From assembly GCA_963733295.1 (NCBI GenBank), contig CAVTCS010000003.1:1312001-1376000 (forward strand): 64,000 nucleotides of DNA, read 5' to 3'. The notes beneath the pieces are model-generated. The model was given only the letters and a program-made list of their open reading frames with translations. It did no database searches and was not told the DNA's origin. Both the position numbers and the translations under genes were made by a program. Positions 49,846 to 59,472 of the stretch are shown piece by piece; the first letter of the stretch is position 1; each line of letters opens with the position of its first letter. This DNA comes from Vulcanimicrobiota bacterium (lineage in GTDB: Bacteria > Vulcanimicrobiota > Vulcanimicrobiia > Vulcanimicrobiales > Vulcanimicrobiaceae).

Positions 49846-50172
49846 TTAGCTCAGCGATTCGGGCCAGAGCGTCAGGATGAACTGTTGATTGACGCCGCTG
49901 CTCATGGTGACGACTCCGTCGGCGAACGCGATCGTGAGGGATCCCGCGACCGCGATGCTGCCCTGACCGAGGGGTCTGCCCGACGCCACGGCTCCGTCGA
50001 GAAATGAGTATAAGGGGGTTCCCGGTTGTGCCGAGATCTCGATGGTCAGACCGGGCGGCGCGCCCGAGCCGTCGGGCGGCACGATCGGGATGCCCTCGAG
50101 ATGGCCGATCCACCCTGTCGGCGACGGCAGCGGCAGATTGGTTCCGGACGTAAGCGACATGGTCGCAGCCAT
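49846..50172 (-). CDS. Hypothetical 108-aa protein
   Basis: GAGGT RBS before ATG 50172; open frame in an otherwise intergenic stretch. Confidence 0.55.
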   Translation of the reverse strand: MAATMSLTSGTNLPLPSPTGWIGHLEGIPIVPPDGSGAPPGLTIEISAQPGTPLYSFLDGAVASGRPLGQGSIAVAGSLTIAFADGVVTMSSGVNQQFILTLWPESLS

Positions 50173-50275
50173 AAGAAGAGCTACCTCGTTCGATCCAGTT
50201 TTCCTGACTGTACGGGTTCCCGTTACCGCCTGTAAAGAGGGCCGAGTGGTGTAGGGGGCCGGGACGCAACCTCGG

Positions 50276-50932
50276 CTACGGTAGCGGCAGTAAGGAGGCC
50301 GCCGGCGCGAGCGCCGCATCGCCGCTGCGCTCGGTCGAACCCGACGCCACGAGTTGACGATAGGCGGCAAGACGCGACGATAAGCGCGTGACTTCACCAT
50401 CGAGTACTTGAGAGGCTCGAATCGCCTTGGTGAGTTCCTGCGAGTCGTAGGTGTAGTCGAAGCGTTCGAGCGCCGCGACGATCGTCGCGGTCTGCGTCTT
50501 CAACTGCATGTAGGAGCGCCTCAAGCTCCGGCCGGTCTCGGCGAAGGTCGGATAGTTCGAGACGACGATCTCGCGTTTGATCCGCGCTTCGCCGATCTCG
50601 GTGCGCAGTTCGGCGAGCCTCACGCTCTCGGGATCGTACTTCTGCGCGATCGACAGCGCCGTCAGCGCCTCGTCGATCTTCGAGGTCTGGTAGAGTGCAG
50701 CGGCGATTTTGAGCTGAACCGCGGCCATCCCGGCTCGGGCATGTGTGTCTTGTGGTGAGACCTGGAGCGCGAGACGGTACGCCAACTGGGCATCGCTCAG
50801 ATTGCCGCGGTCGAGCGCCCTGTCGCCTTGCGAGTTGCGCTGCTCAACGATGAAATCTGAAACGCCGCCGGCGCAACCGGCGAGCGGGACGAGCAGCAGC
50901 ACAAGAGCGAGCAATCGAGCAAATCGGTTCAC
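50276..50932 (-). CDS. TPR-containing lipoprotein
   Basis: LAGC lipobox; AYRLALQVSP TPR-like helices. Confidence 0.78.
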   Translation of the reverse strand: MNRFARLLALVLLLVPLAGCAGGVSDFIVEQRNSQGDRALDRGNLSDAQLAYRLALQVSPQDTHARAGMAAVQLKIAAALYQTSKIDEALTALSIAQKYDPESVRLAELRTEIGEARIKREIVVSNYPTFAETGRSLRRSYMQLKTQTATIVAALERFDYTYDSQELTKAIRASQVLDGEVTRLSSRLAAYRQLVASGSTERSGDAALAPAASLLPLP

Positions 50933-50956
50933 GTTTCTTCCTCTAAGGGAGTGGAC

Positions 50957-51823
50957 TTAATGGATCGCGCTGACGGCTTTCGCGGCTCCGCCGATAAACC
51001 ACGCCGCCGGGTACAGGATGGCTTGCGAGAGGAGCGTTCCGACGACAGCCGTCAGCGCCAAGTAAAAGACCATCGATTTGACGTGAGCGAGCGTTCGCTC
51101 GCCTTTGGCCGCCTGATCGACGATGTAGGCGGAAGTAGGATCGACGATCACTGCGAACGCGATCGTCGCGATACCGTTGACCAATCCCGAGGCCGAAAGC
51201 GCGGTGCGCGCGACCTCGGGCCGCAGGATGCTCGCATAGTACGAAGCGACGACACCGATGGCGTACACTCCGGTGACGAGCAGGTTTCCGATCAGCAGTT
51301 TGGCCGGGACGTCCTTCAGCGAATAGCGCGAGAACAGGTGTAGCGACGGAATCCGGACGGTTCGCACGATGTCGAACCACACGCGCGGATCGGAGAGCCG
51401 CAGGAGCGAGCTCGGAATCGAGCCGCGCCGCTCGAACGCGCCGACCCCTCGCTCGAAGACGTAGACGAAGGTTGGCAGAAAGATAGCGCCGAGCAGCGTA
51501 CCGACCGTCCCGGCGAAAACGATCGTTCGCATTTGCCACTCGAATTGATTCGCCTCGAGCAGCGCGAGCGAGGGGTCGCGCAGGACGTACCCCGCCCGGT
51601 CGGCGAGCGTTCCGAGCATCGGCGCGTAGAACATGTTCGCGAAGCGGCTGGCCGTCACGAAGAGGTTGAAGAGCGAGATCGAGGTTCCGATGCGTCCGGT
51701 CATGACGCCCGCGACGCGGGCCGCGTACGCTCCGACTTGCACGGCTTGCAGAAAGCCGTTGAGCACGATGGCGATAACGAGCTGCACCGACCAGAATGGC
51801 AGGGTGTGCCCCGCCAGATTCAC
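50957..51823 (-). CDS. amj: Lipid II flippase Amj family (DUF2837)
   Basis: AYAARVAGV.T.RI..SISLFN..VTASRFAN, SG.VNGIATI..A.IVDP. Confidence 0.85.
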   Translation of the reverse strand: MNLAGHTLPFWSVQLVIAIVLNGFLQAVQVGAYAARVAGVMTGRIGTSISLFNLFVTASRFANMFYAPMLGTLADRAGYVLRDPSLALLEANQFEWQMRTIVFAGTVGTLLGAIFLPTFVYVFERGVGAFERRGSIPSSLLRLSDPRVWFDIVRTVRIPSLHLFSRYSLKDVPAKLLIGNLLVTGVYAIGVVASYYASILRPEVARTALSASGLVNGIATIAFAVIVDPTSAYIVDQAAKGERTLAHVKSMVFYLALTAVVGTLLSQAILYPAAWFIGGAAKAVSAIH

Positions 51824-53082
51824 GCGACGGCCGCGCTACGCTGCCATCGAATCGTCGATTCGTCGACCGGCCCGAGCACACAGAGGCCGAGATTCTCCGG
51901 CGCGAAAAGCTCGCGCGCCAGCGCACGAACCTCTTCGGCTTGCACCGCGTCCACCGCGGCTTCGAGCTCTTCGGTCGTCACGTTCCGACCGAGATTGAAC
52001 TCGCTGCGTCCGAGGCGAATCATGCGGCTCGAAGTGCTCTCGAGCGAGAGCGTCAGGCTACCCTTGATGTGTTCTTTCGCGAGCGTCAGCTCGGCGGCGT
52101 CGACGCCCTTGCGCGCAAGTTTCTGGAATTCACCGACGATCACGTCGACGCACTCTTGAACGTTCTCCGGAGCGGTGCCGGCGGAAACGCCGAAGAGTCC
52201 GGCGGCGCGATATCCTTGTTGGAAGGAGTAAATGCTGTACGCCAAACCACGCTTCTCTCGAACCTCTTGGAACAGACGGCTCGACATGCCGCCTCCTAGG
52301 ATCGTATCGAGAACCGAAAGCGTGAAGCGGCGATCGTCCCGCACCGAGAGTCCGCGCGAACCAAGGACGACGTAAGCTTGTTCCGTGTCCTTCGTCTTGA
52401 AGAGCGGCTGCGGGGTGGGCCGTGGCCGCTCGGGGACCGGCGCTTCGATGCTGCCTGAGAAGTCGGCGAAGGCTTTCGCAAGCATCTCCACCAGCGGCTC
52501 GTGTTCGATCGCACCGGCCGCCGCGACCATGACCGTGTTGGGAGCGTAGCGGGCGCGCAGGTGATGGTTCAAGTCTTCGCGCGTGATCGCCGAGACCGTC
52601 TCGGCGTATCCGATCGTCGGCTCACCCAGGTTGGAACCGCTCCACATCGTGCGAATGAAGAGGTCGTGGATCATTTCGTCAGGCGAGTCGTCGTACATCC
52701 GGATCTCTTCGAGAACGACCTTCTGCTCTTTGGAGATCTCGTCCGGATCGAAAACCGAGTGCAAGAACATGTCGGTGAGAACGTCGACCGCGAGAGGGAC
52801 GTGACGATCGATGACCTTGGCGTAGTAGCAGGTCGACTCTTTATCGGTGAATGCGTTCAAGTTGCCGCCCACGCCGTCCATCGCCTCGGCGATGGCGCGC
52901 GCGGTGCGGCGCTCCGTCCCCTTGAACAGCATGTGCTCGACCAGGTGCGAGATGCCGCGCTGTTCCGATCGTTCCGCGGCCGAGCCGACATCGGCCCAGA
53001 TGCCGAGTGAAGCCGAGCGAACGGAGGGCATCTGCTCGGTCAGGATGCGGACGCCGTTCGGTAGGGTGGTCTTACGGTACAA
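51820..53082 (-). CDS. M16 family zinc peptidase
   Basis: HLVEHMLFKGT (inverted HxxEH), NAFT, LGGGMSSRLFQEVREKRGLAY. Confidence 0.95.
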   Translation of the reverse strand: MYRKTTLPNGVRILTEQMPSVRSASLGIWADVGSAAERSEQRGISHLVEHMLFKGTERRTARAIAEAMDGVGGNLNAFTDKESTCYYAKVIDRHVPLAVDVLTDMFLHSVFDPDEISKEQKVVLEEIRMYDDSPDEMIHDLFIRTMWSGSNLGEPTIGYAETVSAITREDLNHHLRARYAPNTVMVAAAGAIEHEPLVEMLAKAFADFSGSIEAPVPERPRPTPQPLFKTKDTEQAYVVLGSRGLSVRDDRRFTLSVLDTILGGGMSSRLFQEVREKRGLAYSIYSFQQGYRAAGLFGVSAGTAPENVQECVDVIVGEFQKLARKGVDAAELTLAKEHIKGSLTLSLESTSSRMIRLGRSEFNLGRNVTTEELEAAVDAVQAEEVRALARELFAPENLGLCVLGPVDESTIRWQRSAAVA

Positions 53083-53098
53083 TCGGTCTCCGGCTGAC

Positions 53099-53731
53099 TT
53101 AGGTAGAGGGGGGTGAATTAGTCGGATTAGGCGACCCCCGCAACGGTCCTTCGCGGGTTCGCCCCGGGTGCAGGCGCGCGTGGAAGTCGGGTGCCCAAAA
53201 CACGTTCTTGCCCTGCTTGAGGCGTGAATTGACCGACGACTTCTCGTTACGTCGCACCGTGATCGAGAAAACGATGCGATCGGTCGGCTCCGCGTAGTCT
53301 CCGCTCACCGGTTCGAGCTTGTCGAATGGGATCGGTTCGACGGCCCAGATGTCGACCTCTTCCACGCGGGACGACGCGAACGTCCGCTTCACCAGCGACG
53401 CGATTTCGTCGCTGAAGCCGCGATCGTCGAGCCGGCCGTGGAACTTGACCCCCGAGACCATCAGGCCCGCGACCTCGTGCGGACCGACGCCGTCGACGCG
53501 GACCTTGAGGATTTGCGCCGGCCAGATCGTCGCGAGCAGATGACGCCCCAGATCGACTGCATCCGCGCGGCGGTTCCCCTCGGCCCGAGCGTTCGCGTTG
53601 AGCTCGACCATGGCGCGGCCCGGCGGGGACTGCGAGGGGTGCGGACGCGGCGCCGCAGCGCCCAATGCGAATCCTCCGAGCAGACCGAGCGCGAACGCCT
53701 TTGCCAAGAGTCCGGCTGCGCGTCGCGACAC
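53099..53731 (-). CDS. Hypothetical secreted protein
   Basis: GTG overlaps the proS stop (TAGTG); N-terminal signal-like segment. Confidence 0.7.
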   Translation of the reverse strand: MSRRAAGLLAKAFALGLLGGFALGAAAPRPHPSQSPPGRAMVELNANARAEGNRRADAVDLGRHLLATIWPAQILKVRVDGVGPHEVAGLMVSGVKFHGRLDDRGFSDEIASLVKRTFASSRVEEVDIWAVEPIPFDKLEPVSGDYAEPTDRIVFSITVRRNEKSSVNSRLKQGKNVFWAPDFHARLHPGRTREGPLRGSPNPTNSPPST

Positions 53732-55194
53732 TAATAGCTCTGCGCGAAGTACGCCCGGACCGTCGCTGGTTCGCCGCACGCAACGCAGGTCGCGGCGCCG
53801 AGCAACGGGTGGAGGTTCCGCGTGGTCGCGCTCGTGTCGGCCTTCACGCGAGCCTCACAATCGGGCCGGCCGCACCACGGAATGTCGATCATGCCGGCTC
53901 TCGCACGCAAGAGGCGGTAGAACTCCGCGGTATCCGGCGCAGTCAAGGTGTGCTCGCGCAAGAACCGCTGCGCTTGTTCGAACAAACTGCGCTGAATCTC
54001 GCCGAGCAACTCGGGCAACGCACCCGCGACGTCTCCGAGCGGCAACGCGGTCTTTGCGCCGGGCTCGCCTTTCGTCCGATCGCGGCGCACCACCGTGACG
54101 GTTCCCGCCGCGAGGTCCTGGGCTCCAATTTCGAGGCGCAGCGGAACGCCGCGCATTTCCCAATCGGCGAACTTATTGCCCGGGCGCAGGTCGCGCGTGT
54201 CGAGCTTGACGCGCAAACCCGCGGCCCGCAACCTGCCGTCCAGCTCCCGCGCGGTCGCCATGACGTCGCTGCTATCGCCCTTCTGAATCGGAACGATCAC
54301 GGCTTCGAGCGGCGCGATCTTGGGAGGAAGCCGCAGGCCCCGGTCGTCGCCGTGAACCATGAGCAGCGCGCCCAGCATTCGCCAAGACATTCCCCACGAA
54401 GTCGTCCAGGCGTACTGCAACGATTGATCTTCCGCCGTGAACTTGATGTCGTACGCCTTGGCAAAATTCTGCCCCAACTCGTGCGAAGTCGCGCTCTGCA
54501 GCGCCCGCCCGTCAGGCATGAGCGCCTCGATCGAGAACGTGTGATTCGCTCCAGCGAAGCGTTCGCTGGCACTCTTTTCGCCCTTGTAGACGGGCACGGC
54601 GCAGACGTTCTCTGCCACGTCTGCATAGACGTCGAGCATCTTCGAAACTTCTTCGGCCGCTTCGCTCTCCGTCACGTGCGCCGTGTGACCTTCTTGCCAG
54701 AGGAACTCGAGCGTGCGGAGGAAAGGCCGCGTGCGCTTTTCCCAGCGCACGACGTTGGCCCACTGATTGATCAAGATCGGCAAGTCGCGGTACGACTGCA
54801 CCCACTCCGCGTACATCGTCCCGATGATGACTTCCGAGGTCGGCCGGATCGCGAGGCGTTCCGTCAGCTTTTCCCCGCCGCCCTCGGTGACCCAGGCGAC
54901 TTCGGGCGCGAACCCTTCGACGTGGTCGGCTTCCCGCGCGAGCAGACTCTCGGGGATCAGCAGCGGGAAGTATGCGTTCTCGTGACCGGTCGCTTTGAAG
55001 CGCGCGTCCAATTCCGCCGCCAGCCGCTCCCATAGCGCGTAGCCGTAGGGTCGCAGAACGAGACAGCCGCGCACCGGCGCGAGCGAAACCAGCTCGGCCT
55101 TGTAGCAAACGGCTTGATACCATTCGGAAAGGTCGTCGGCTTTCGGCGGGATCTCTTTGACGAGCGGAGTTTGCTCGCGAGTGAAATCGGACAT
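53731..55194 (-). CDS. proS: Proline--tRNA ligase (archaeal/eukaryote-like type)
   Basis: HVEGFAPE, RPTSE, QWANVVRWE, FLRT.EFLWQEGHT, C-terminal Zn motif and FAQSY. Confidence 0.97.
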   Translation of the reverse strand: MSDFTREQTPLVKEIPPKADDLSEWYQAVCYKAELVSLAPVRGCLVLRPYGYALWERLAAELDARFKATGHENAYFPLLIPESLLAREADHVEGFAPEVAWVTEGGGEKLTERLAIRPTSEVIIGTMYAEWVQSYRDLPILINQWANVVRWEKRTRPFLRTLEFLWQEGHTAHVTESEAAEEVSKMLDVYADVAENVCAVPVYKGEKSASERFAGANHTFSIEALMPDGRALQSATSHELGQNFAKAYDIKFTAEDQSLQYAWTTSWGMSWRMLGALLMVHGDDRGLRLPPKIAPLEAVIVPIQKGDSSDVMATARELDGRLRAAGLRVKLDTRDLRPGNKFADWEMRGVPLRLEIGAQDLAAGTVTVVRRDRTKGEPGAKTALPLGDVAGALPELLGEIQRSLFEQAQRFLREHTLTAPDTAEFYRLLRARAGMIDIPWCGRPDCEARVKADTSATTRNLHPLLGAATCVACGEPATVRAYFAQSY

Positions 55195-55261
55195 GACAAG
55201 CCGCAGGTCTTCGTGCGAAGGATTCGCAGTCCTCGGCGGCGCGCGCAGCGAAGCCCTCCGG

Positions 55262-55861
55262 ATGCCCAAATCGACGAGGATCTATACCCGCACGGGCGAC
55301 GACGGGACGACCGGACTCGTCGGCGGACAGCGCGTCAAGAAGAACGCCCTGCGCATCGATACGTACGGCACGATCGACGAATTGTCGAGCGTCATCGGCT
55401 TGGCACGCAGCGCTCTGGCCGGCGCGCCCCCCAGCGCAGCGGCGCGTGCCGCAGAGCTCGATGCGTGGCTCGCCTGGACCCAGGACGTCCTCTTTAATCT
55501 CGGTAGCGAGCTCGCGACGCTGCCCGCCGATCGTCACGCAAGCATGCCGCTCGTCGGCGCGGCCGATGCCGGCGCGCTCGAGCGCGCCATCGACCGCGCG
55601 CAAAGGGACCTCGAGCCGCTTGCGAACTTCATCCACCCGGGCGGTTCGGCCGCGGGCGCCTTTCTGCACCAGGCGCGAACCGTCGCGCGCCGCGCCGAGC
55701 GCCTTCTGGTGACGCTGGGCGAGCGGGAACCCGTCTCGGCCGAGAGCGCGCAATACCTCAACAGGCTTTCGGACGCGATGTTCGTCTGGTCGCGTTGGAT
55801 CAACGCCGCCTACGGTACGCCCGAACATCTTTGGAATGCAAAGACGAGCCCTCCGGCGTAA
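55262..55861 (+). CDS. PduO-type ATP:cob(I)alamin adenosyltransferase
   Basis: IYTRTGDDGTT, YGTIDEL, ARTVARRAER, YLNRLSD. Confidence 0.94.
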   Translation: MPKSTRIYTRTGDDGTTGLVGGQRVKKNALRIDTYGTIDELSSVIGLARSALAGAPPSAAARAAELDAWLAWTQDVLFNLGSELATLPADRHASMPLVGAADAGALERAIDRAQRDLEPLANFIHPGGSAAGAFLHQARTVARRAERLLVTLGEREPVSAESAQYLNRLSDAMFVWSRWINAAYGTPEHLWNAKTSPPA

Positions 55862-55872
55862 GGTTCGGCGCA

Positions 55873-57393
55873 ATGGCCGAACCCAAGAAGGGCGACTCGT
55901 TCGTCGGAAGGCTCTTTTCCACGACGTCGCTCGAGTCGCTGCGCGACGCATCGCGTCCGGCCCCCCTGCGCCGCGTGTTGCGCGCGCGCGACCTGATCGC
56001 CGTGGGCCTCGGTACGATGATCGGCGGCGGCATCTTCACGACGATCGGTCCGGGCGTAAAGCTGGCCGGCCCGGCGATCGTGTTGGCCTTCGTCCTCGCC
56101 GGACTCGCCTCGTTCTTCGCGGCGCTTTGCTATGCCGAACTCGGGGCGATGGTTCCGATCGCGGGGAGTGCCTACACCTACGCGTACGCGACGCTCGGTC
56201 AGCTCGTCGCGTGGGTCATCGGATTTAGCCTCCTCTTCGAGTACGGCATCTCTGCCGCCCCGGTCGCGCAGCAGTTCTCGTCGGCCTTTCAGGGACTCTT
56301 GCTGTCCTTCGGCATCGCGCTGCCCGCGTGGGCGCAGACCTCCCATTTTGTGTTCGACCCGCATGCCTGGTGGAACGCGAGCCGCTGGGACTTCGCGCAT
56401 TCGCAGTACGACCTCATCGGCGCCGCCTTCGTGCTCTTGCTTTCGGTGCTGCTCTCGCTCGGAATTCGCGAGACGGCGGCCGTCAACAACACCTTCGTCG
56501 TATTGAAGATCTTGGCGTTGATCGTCTTCGTGGTCGCCGGCGCCTCGCTCTTTCACCTCCGCAATCTGATTCCGTTCACTCCGCTCGGTTGGGGCACGCT
56601 GACGCCGTTTTCGGGAGGAAACGGGGTCGGCATCATTCCCGCTGCGGCGCTCGTGTTCTTCAGCTACATCGGATTCGACACCGCAACCACGACCGCCGAA
56701 GAAACGCGCACGCCCCAGCGCGACATTCCGGTCGGAGTGATCGGTGCGCTGTTGATCGGAACGGTCATCTACTGCGTCGTCGCGATCGTCCTGGTCGGAA
56801 TCGTGCCCTGGCAACACGTCGACGAGAAGGCCGCCCTTGCGGCCGCGATTGCCCCGCTGCACAATCCCTTCGTCAACTGGGCGATCACCATCGGAGTTCT
56901 GGCCGGCACCACGAGCGTCGCGCTGGCCTCACTCCTGGGACAGTCGCGCATCTTCTACGTCATGGCGCGGGACCGGATGCTGCCGTCCTTCGTCGCCCGC
57001 GTCAACCCGCGCACGAAGACCCCCATCCTGATGACGATGATCACCGGCGTTGCGATCGCGTTCCTAACGCTGATCGTGCCCCTCGACGTTCTCCTCGATT
57101 TGGTCAACATCGGCACGCTGTTCGCGTTCTCGATCGTCTGCGCCGGCGTGATCTTCTTGCGCTACAAGCGGCCCGACATCCCGCGCCCGTTCCGCTCGCC
57201 CTTCGTGCCGCTCTTCCCGCTGCTGGGAATCGCGTTTTCGATGTTTCTCGCGGTTTTCGGTCTCACTACGCTGACCTGGCAGCGTTTCATCATCTCGCTC
57301 CTGATCGGACTGGTCATTTACTTCGCCTACGGATTTCGCAAATCGCGGCCCGAGGAACTCACCTGGTCGGCCACGGAGGGCTACGATCTATGA
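55873..57393 (+). CDS. APC family amino acid permease
   Basis: GTMIGGGIF, CYAELG.MVP.AGSAYTY, FFSYIGFD, MARD..LP, RPFR.P. Confidence 0.93.
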   Translation: MAEPKKGDSFVGRLFSTTSLESLRDASRPAPLRRVLRARDLIAVGLGTMIGGGIFTTIGPGVKLAGPAIVLAFVLAGLASFFAALCYAELGAMVPIAGSAYTYAYATLGQLVAWVIGFSLLFEYGISAAPVAQQFSSAFQGLLLSFGIALPAWAQTSHFVFDPHAWWNASRWDFAHSQYDLIGAAFVLLLSVLLSLGIRETAAVNNTFVVLKILALIVFVVAGASLFHLRNLIPFTPLGWGTLTPFSGGNGVGIIPAAALVFFSYIGFDTATTTAEETRTPQRDIPVGVIGALLIGTVIYCVVAIVLVGIVPWQHVDEKAALAAAIAPLHNPFVNWAITIGVLAGTTSVALASLLGQSRIFYVMARDRMLPSFVARVNPRTKTPILMTMITGVAIAFLTLIVPLDVLLDLVNIGTLFAFSIVCAGVIFLRYKRPDIPRPFRSPFVPLFPLLGIAFSMFLAVFGLTTLTWQRFIISLLIGLVIYFAYGFRKSRPEELTWSATEGYDL

Positions 57394-57683
57394 CGTTTGA
57401 GGAGTTCATGCCGGATTATCTCGCGGCGCACTCCGACCGGCGCACCCAGGTGATCCACGCGGCGGGGACGATCGCCGGCGTGACGATCGTGGCGGCTGCC
57501 GCGCTGCAACGCAAACCGAAGTGGCTGCTGGCCGGGCTCGCCGCAGGCTACCTTCCGGCGTGGCTCTCGCATTGGGCGATCGAACGCAACCAGCCCAAGA
57601 CGTTCAAGCACCCGCTGCTCTCGCTGCGCGGCGACTTCGTGATGGCCGGAAGATTGCTCACCGGCAAACTCCCGCGGGTTTAG
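57390..57683 (+). CDS. DUF962/Mpo1-like small membrane protein
   Basis: F..F...YL..HS....IH..GT, WLSH..IE.N.P.TF..P..SL.GDF. Confidence 0.85.
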   Translation: MTFEEFMPDYLAAHSDRRTQVIHAAGTIAGVTIVAAAALQRKPKWLLAGLAAGYLPAWLSHWAIERNQPKTFKHPLLSLRGDFVMAGRLLTGKLPRV

Positions 57684-57687
57684 GCTG

Positions 57688-57852
57688 TTAGCTGCGCAGT
57701 TTCAGGAGCGCTCGCTGATACATCGCCAGGACGATGTCGAGCGCCGCGAGGGGGTCTTTGTCGTCGAGGCCGCCGATTGCGCTAAGCGTACGGTCGACGA
57801 GCGCGAAAGCCATCTCGCGATCGTCGTCCGAGTGCGCGCGCTCCCCGTTCAG
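57688..57852 (-). CDS. Small helical hypothetical protein, 54 aa (probable CTG start)
   Basis: Translated by hand: (M)NGERAHSDDDREMAFALVDRTLSAIGGLDDKDPLAALDIVLAMYQRALLKLRS; fills the gap exactly; GC-rich third codon positions; CTGA overlap. Confidence 0.6.
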   Translation of the reverse strand: MNGERAHSDDDREMAFALVDRTLSAIGGLDDKDPLAALDIVLAMYQRALLKLRS

Positions 57853-58331
57853 GGCTGGTCCTCTTGCGCACCGGCTTCGATCAGTCCGGGCGTCATTACG
57901 TCGATCTTCGCATGCGCGCCGTCGTAGTGCACCTTCGTGTTGAAAGCGCGTGCGATGACGCTCAGCGAAACCATCGTTCTGCCGCGGACCGAAAACGGGG
58001 CGTGTTTGAGCGTCATGCGGTTTCCATTGAGCGTGGCGATCTTCTCGCCGACCTTCATGTGCAAGGTGTCGTCGGCTCGGGTTAGTTCGATCAGGCCGGT
58101 TTTGGCATCGTAGTTCGTTTCAGCGCCCAGCGTTTCGGCTACGACGCGCAGTGGAACGAAGACCTCGCCTTTCGGGGTCGTGACCGGCGGAACGTCCGAG
58201 ATCATCCGCTGGCCGTCGATTCGCAACGACGCCGGCGACGAAAGCGAAACGATCGCCGCGGCGACAGCCGAGATGGCGATGGTGGCAAAGACGCTTCGGC
58301 GGCTAGGGAGTCGTGGCGAGTTGCTTGCCAT
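57849..58331 (-). CDS. Copper amine oxidase N-terminal (stalk) domain protein
   Basis: VFVPLRVVAETLGA, GRTMVSL..IA.AF. Confidence 0.85.
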   Translation of the reverse strand: MASNSPRLPSRRSVFATIAISAVAAAIVSLSSPASLRIDGQRMISDVPPVTTPKGEVFVPLRVVAETLGAETNYDAKTGLIELTRADDTLHMKVGEKIATLNGNRMTLKHAPFSVRGRTMVSLSVIARAFNTKVHYDGAHAKIDVMTPGLIEAGAQEDQP

Positions 58332-59466
58332 GTGCGGTCTCGTGGATGAAATCGGGATACTGATCGACGATCACTTTTTCGATCTCGACGCGCAGCGCGC
58401 CGAGGAGCTCGGCTTCCGGGAACGTTCCTACTAGCTCGCCCTTCCGATAGATCGCGCCCTTCCCCTTGCCGCCCGCGACGCCGACGTCCGCCATCTTTGA
58501 TTCGCCGGGCCCGTTGACGACGCAACCCATGACCGCAACCTTCACGGGAGCCGAGTATTCTTTGGCAATCAGTTCCACCGAGCGCGCCAAGTCGACGACT
58601 TCGATCTCGGCGCGCCCGCACGACGGGCAAGCTGTGATGTCGAATCCTTTTTCGCGGATCCCGAGAGCCTTGAGAATTCCCCAGCAAACGGGAACCTCTT
58701 CGACGGGGTCGGCCGCAAGCGAAACGCGCAGCGTGTCGCCGATGCCTTCCCAGAGAAGGATGCCCAGGCCAATCGAACTCTTGATGGTTCCTTCCCGCGG
58801 CAGGCCGGCTTCGGTGATCCCGAGGTGGAGCGCGTAGGGCGTATCGCGCTCCGCGAGCTTGCGGTCGGCCAAACGGTAGGCGTGGACGGTTGTCGGAACG
58901 TCGTGCGCCTTAAGCGAGATGACGATGTCGGTGTGCCCGAGTTCTTCGAGGATCTCGACGTGGCGCAGCGCCGAGAGGACCATCGCCTCCGGCGTGTGGC
59001 CGTGCTTCTCCTCGAGATCGCGCGCGAGCGAACCCATGTTCACGCCGATGCGGATAGGCGTGCCCATGTCTTTGGCGAGCTGCACGACTTCGCGCGTCTT
59101 CGTGCGATCGGTGATGTTGCCGGGGTTGAGGCGCAGCTTCGCCACGCCCGCTTCGAGCGCTGCCAGCGCCATTTTGTGATCGAAATGGATGTCGGCTACG
59201 ATCGGAACCGGCGAGCGCGCCACGATGTGCGGCATGCCGGCGGCGTCGGGAGCATCCTTGACCGTCACGCGAACGACTTCGCAGCCGGCCATCGCGAGAC
59301 CGTAGATCTGTTCGAGCGTCTTCTCGTAGTCGGCGGTGTCGGTCGTCGTCATCGACTGAACGGCGACCGGGTGGTCGCCGCCTATCCAGACTTTCTTCGC
59401 GTCCTTCGACCAAGACGACTTGTTCTCGAGCAAAATCGGTTTCGACTTGCGGCGCAAACGAACCAT
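58303..59466 (-). CDS. ispG: HMBPP synthase IspG
   Basis: VQSMT, VADIHF, RLNPGN, RIGVN.GSL, GIGDT.RVSL, CPSCGR, MGCVVNGPGE. Confidence 0.97.
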   Translation of the reverse strand: MVRLRRKSKPILLENKSSWSKDAKKVWIGGDHPVAVQSMTTTDTADYEKTLEQIYGLAMAGCEVVRVTVKDAPDAAGMPHIVARSPVPIVADIHFDHKMALAALEAGVAKLRLNPGNITDRTKTREVVQLAKDMGTPIRIGVNMGSLARDLEEKHGHTPEAMVLSALRHVEILEELGHTDIVISLKAHDVPTTVHAYRLADRKLAERDTPYALHLGITEAGLPREGTIKSSIGLGILLWEGIGDTLRVSLAADPVEEVPVCWGILKALGIREKGFDITACPSCGRAEIEVVDLARSVELIAKEYSAPVKVAVMGCVVNGPGESKMADVGVAGGKGKGAIYRKGELVGTFPEAELLGALRVEIEKVIVDQYPDFIHETAHGKQLATTP

Positions 59467-59472
59467 AGCGAG

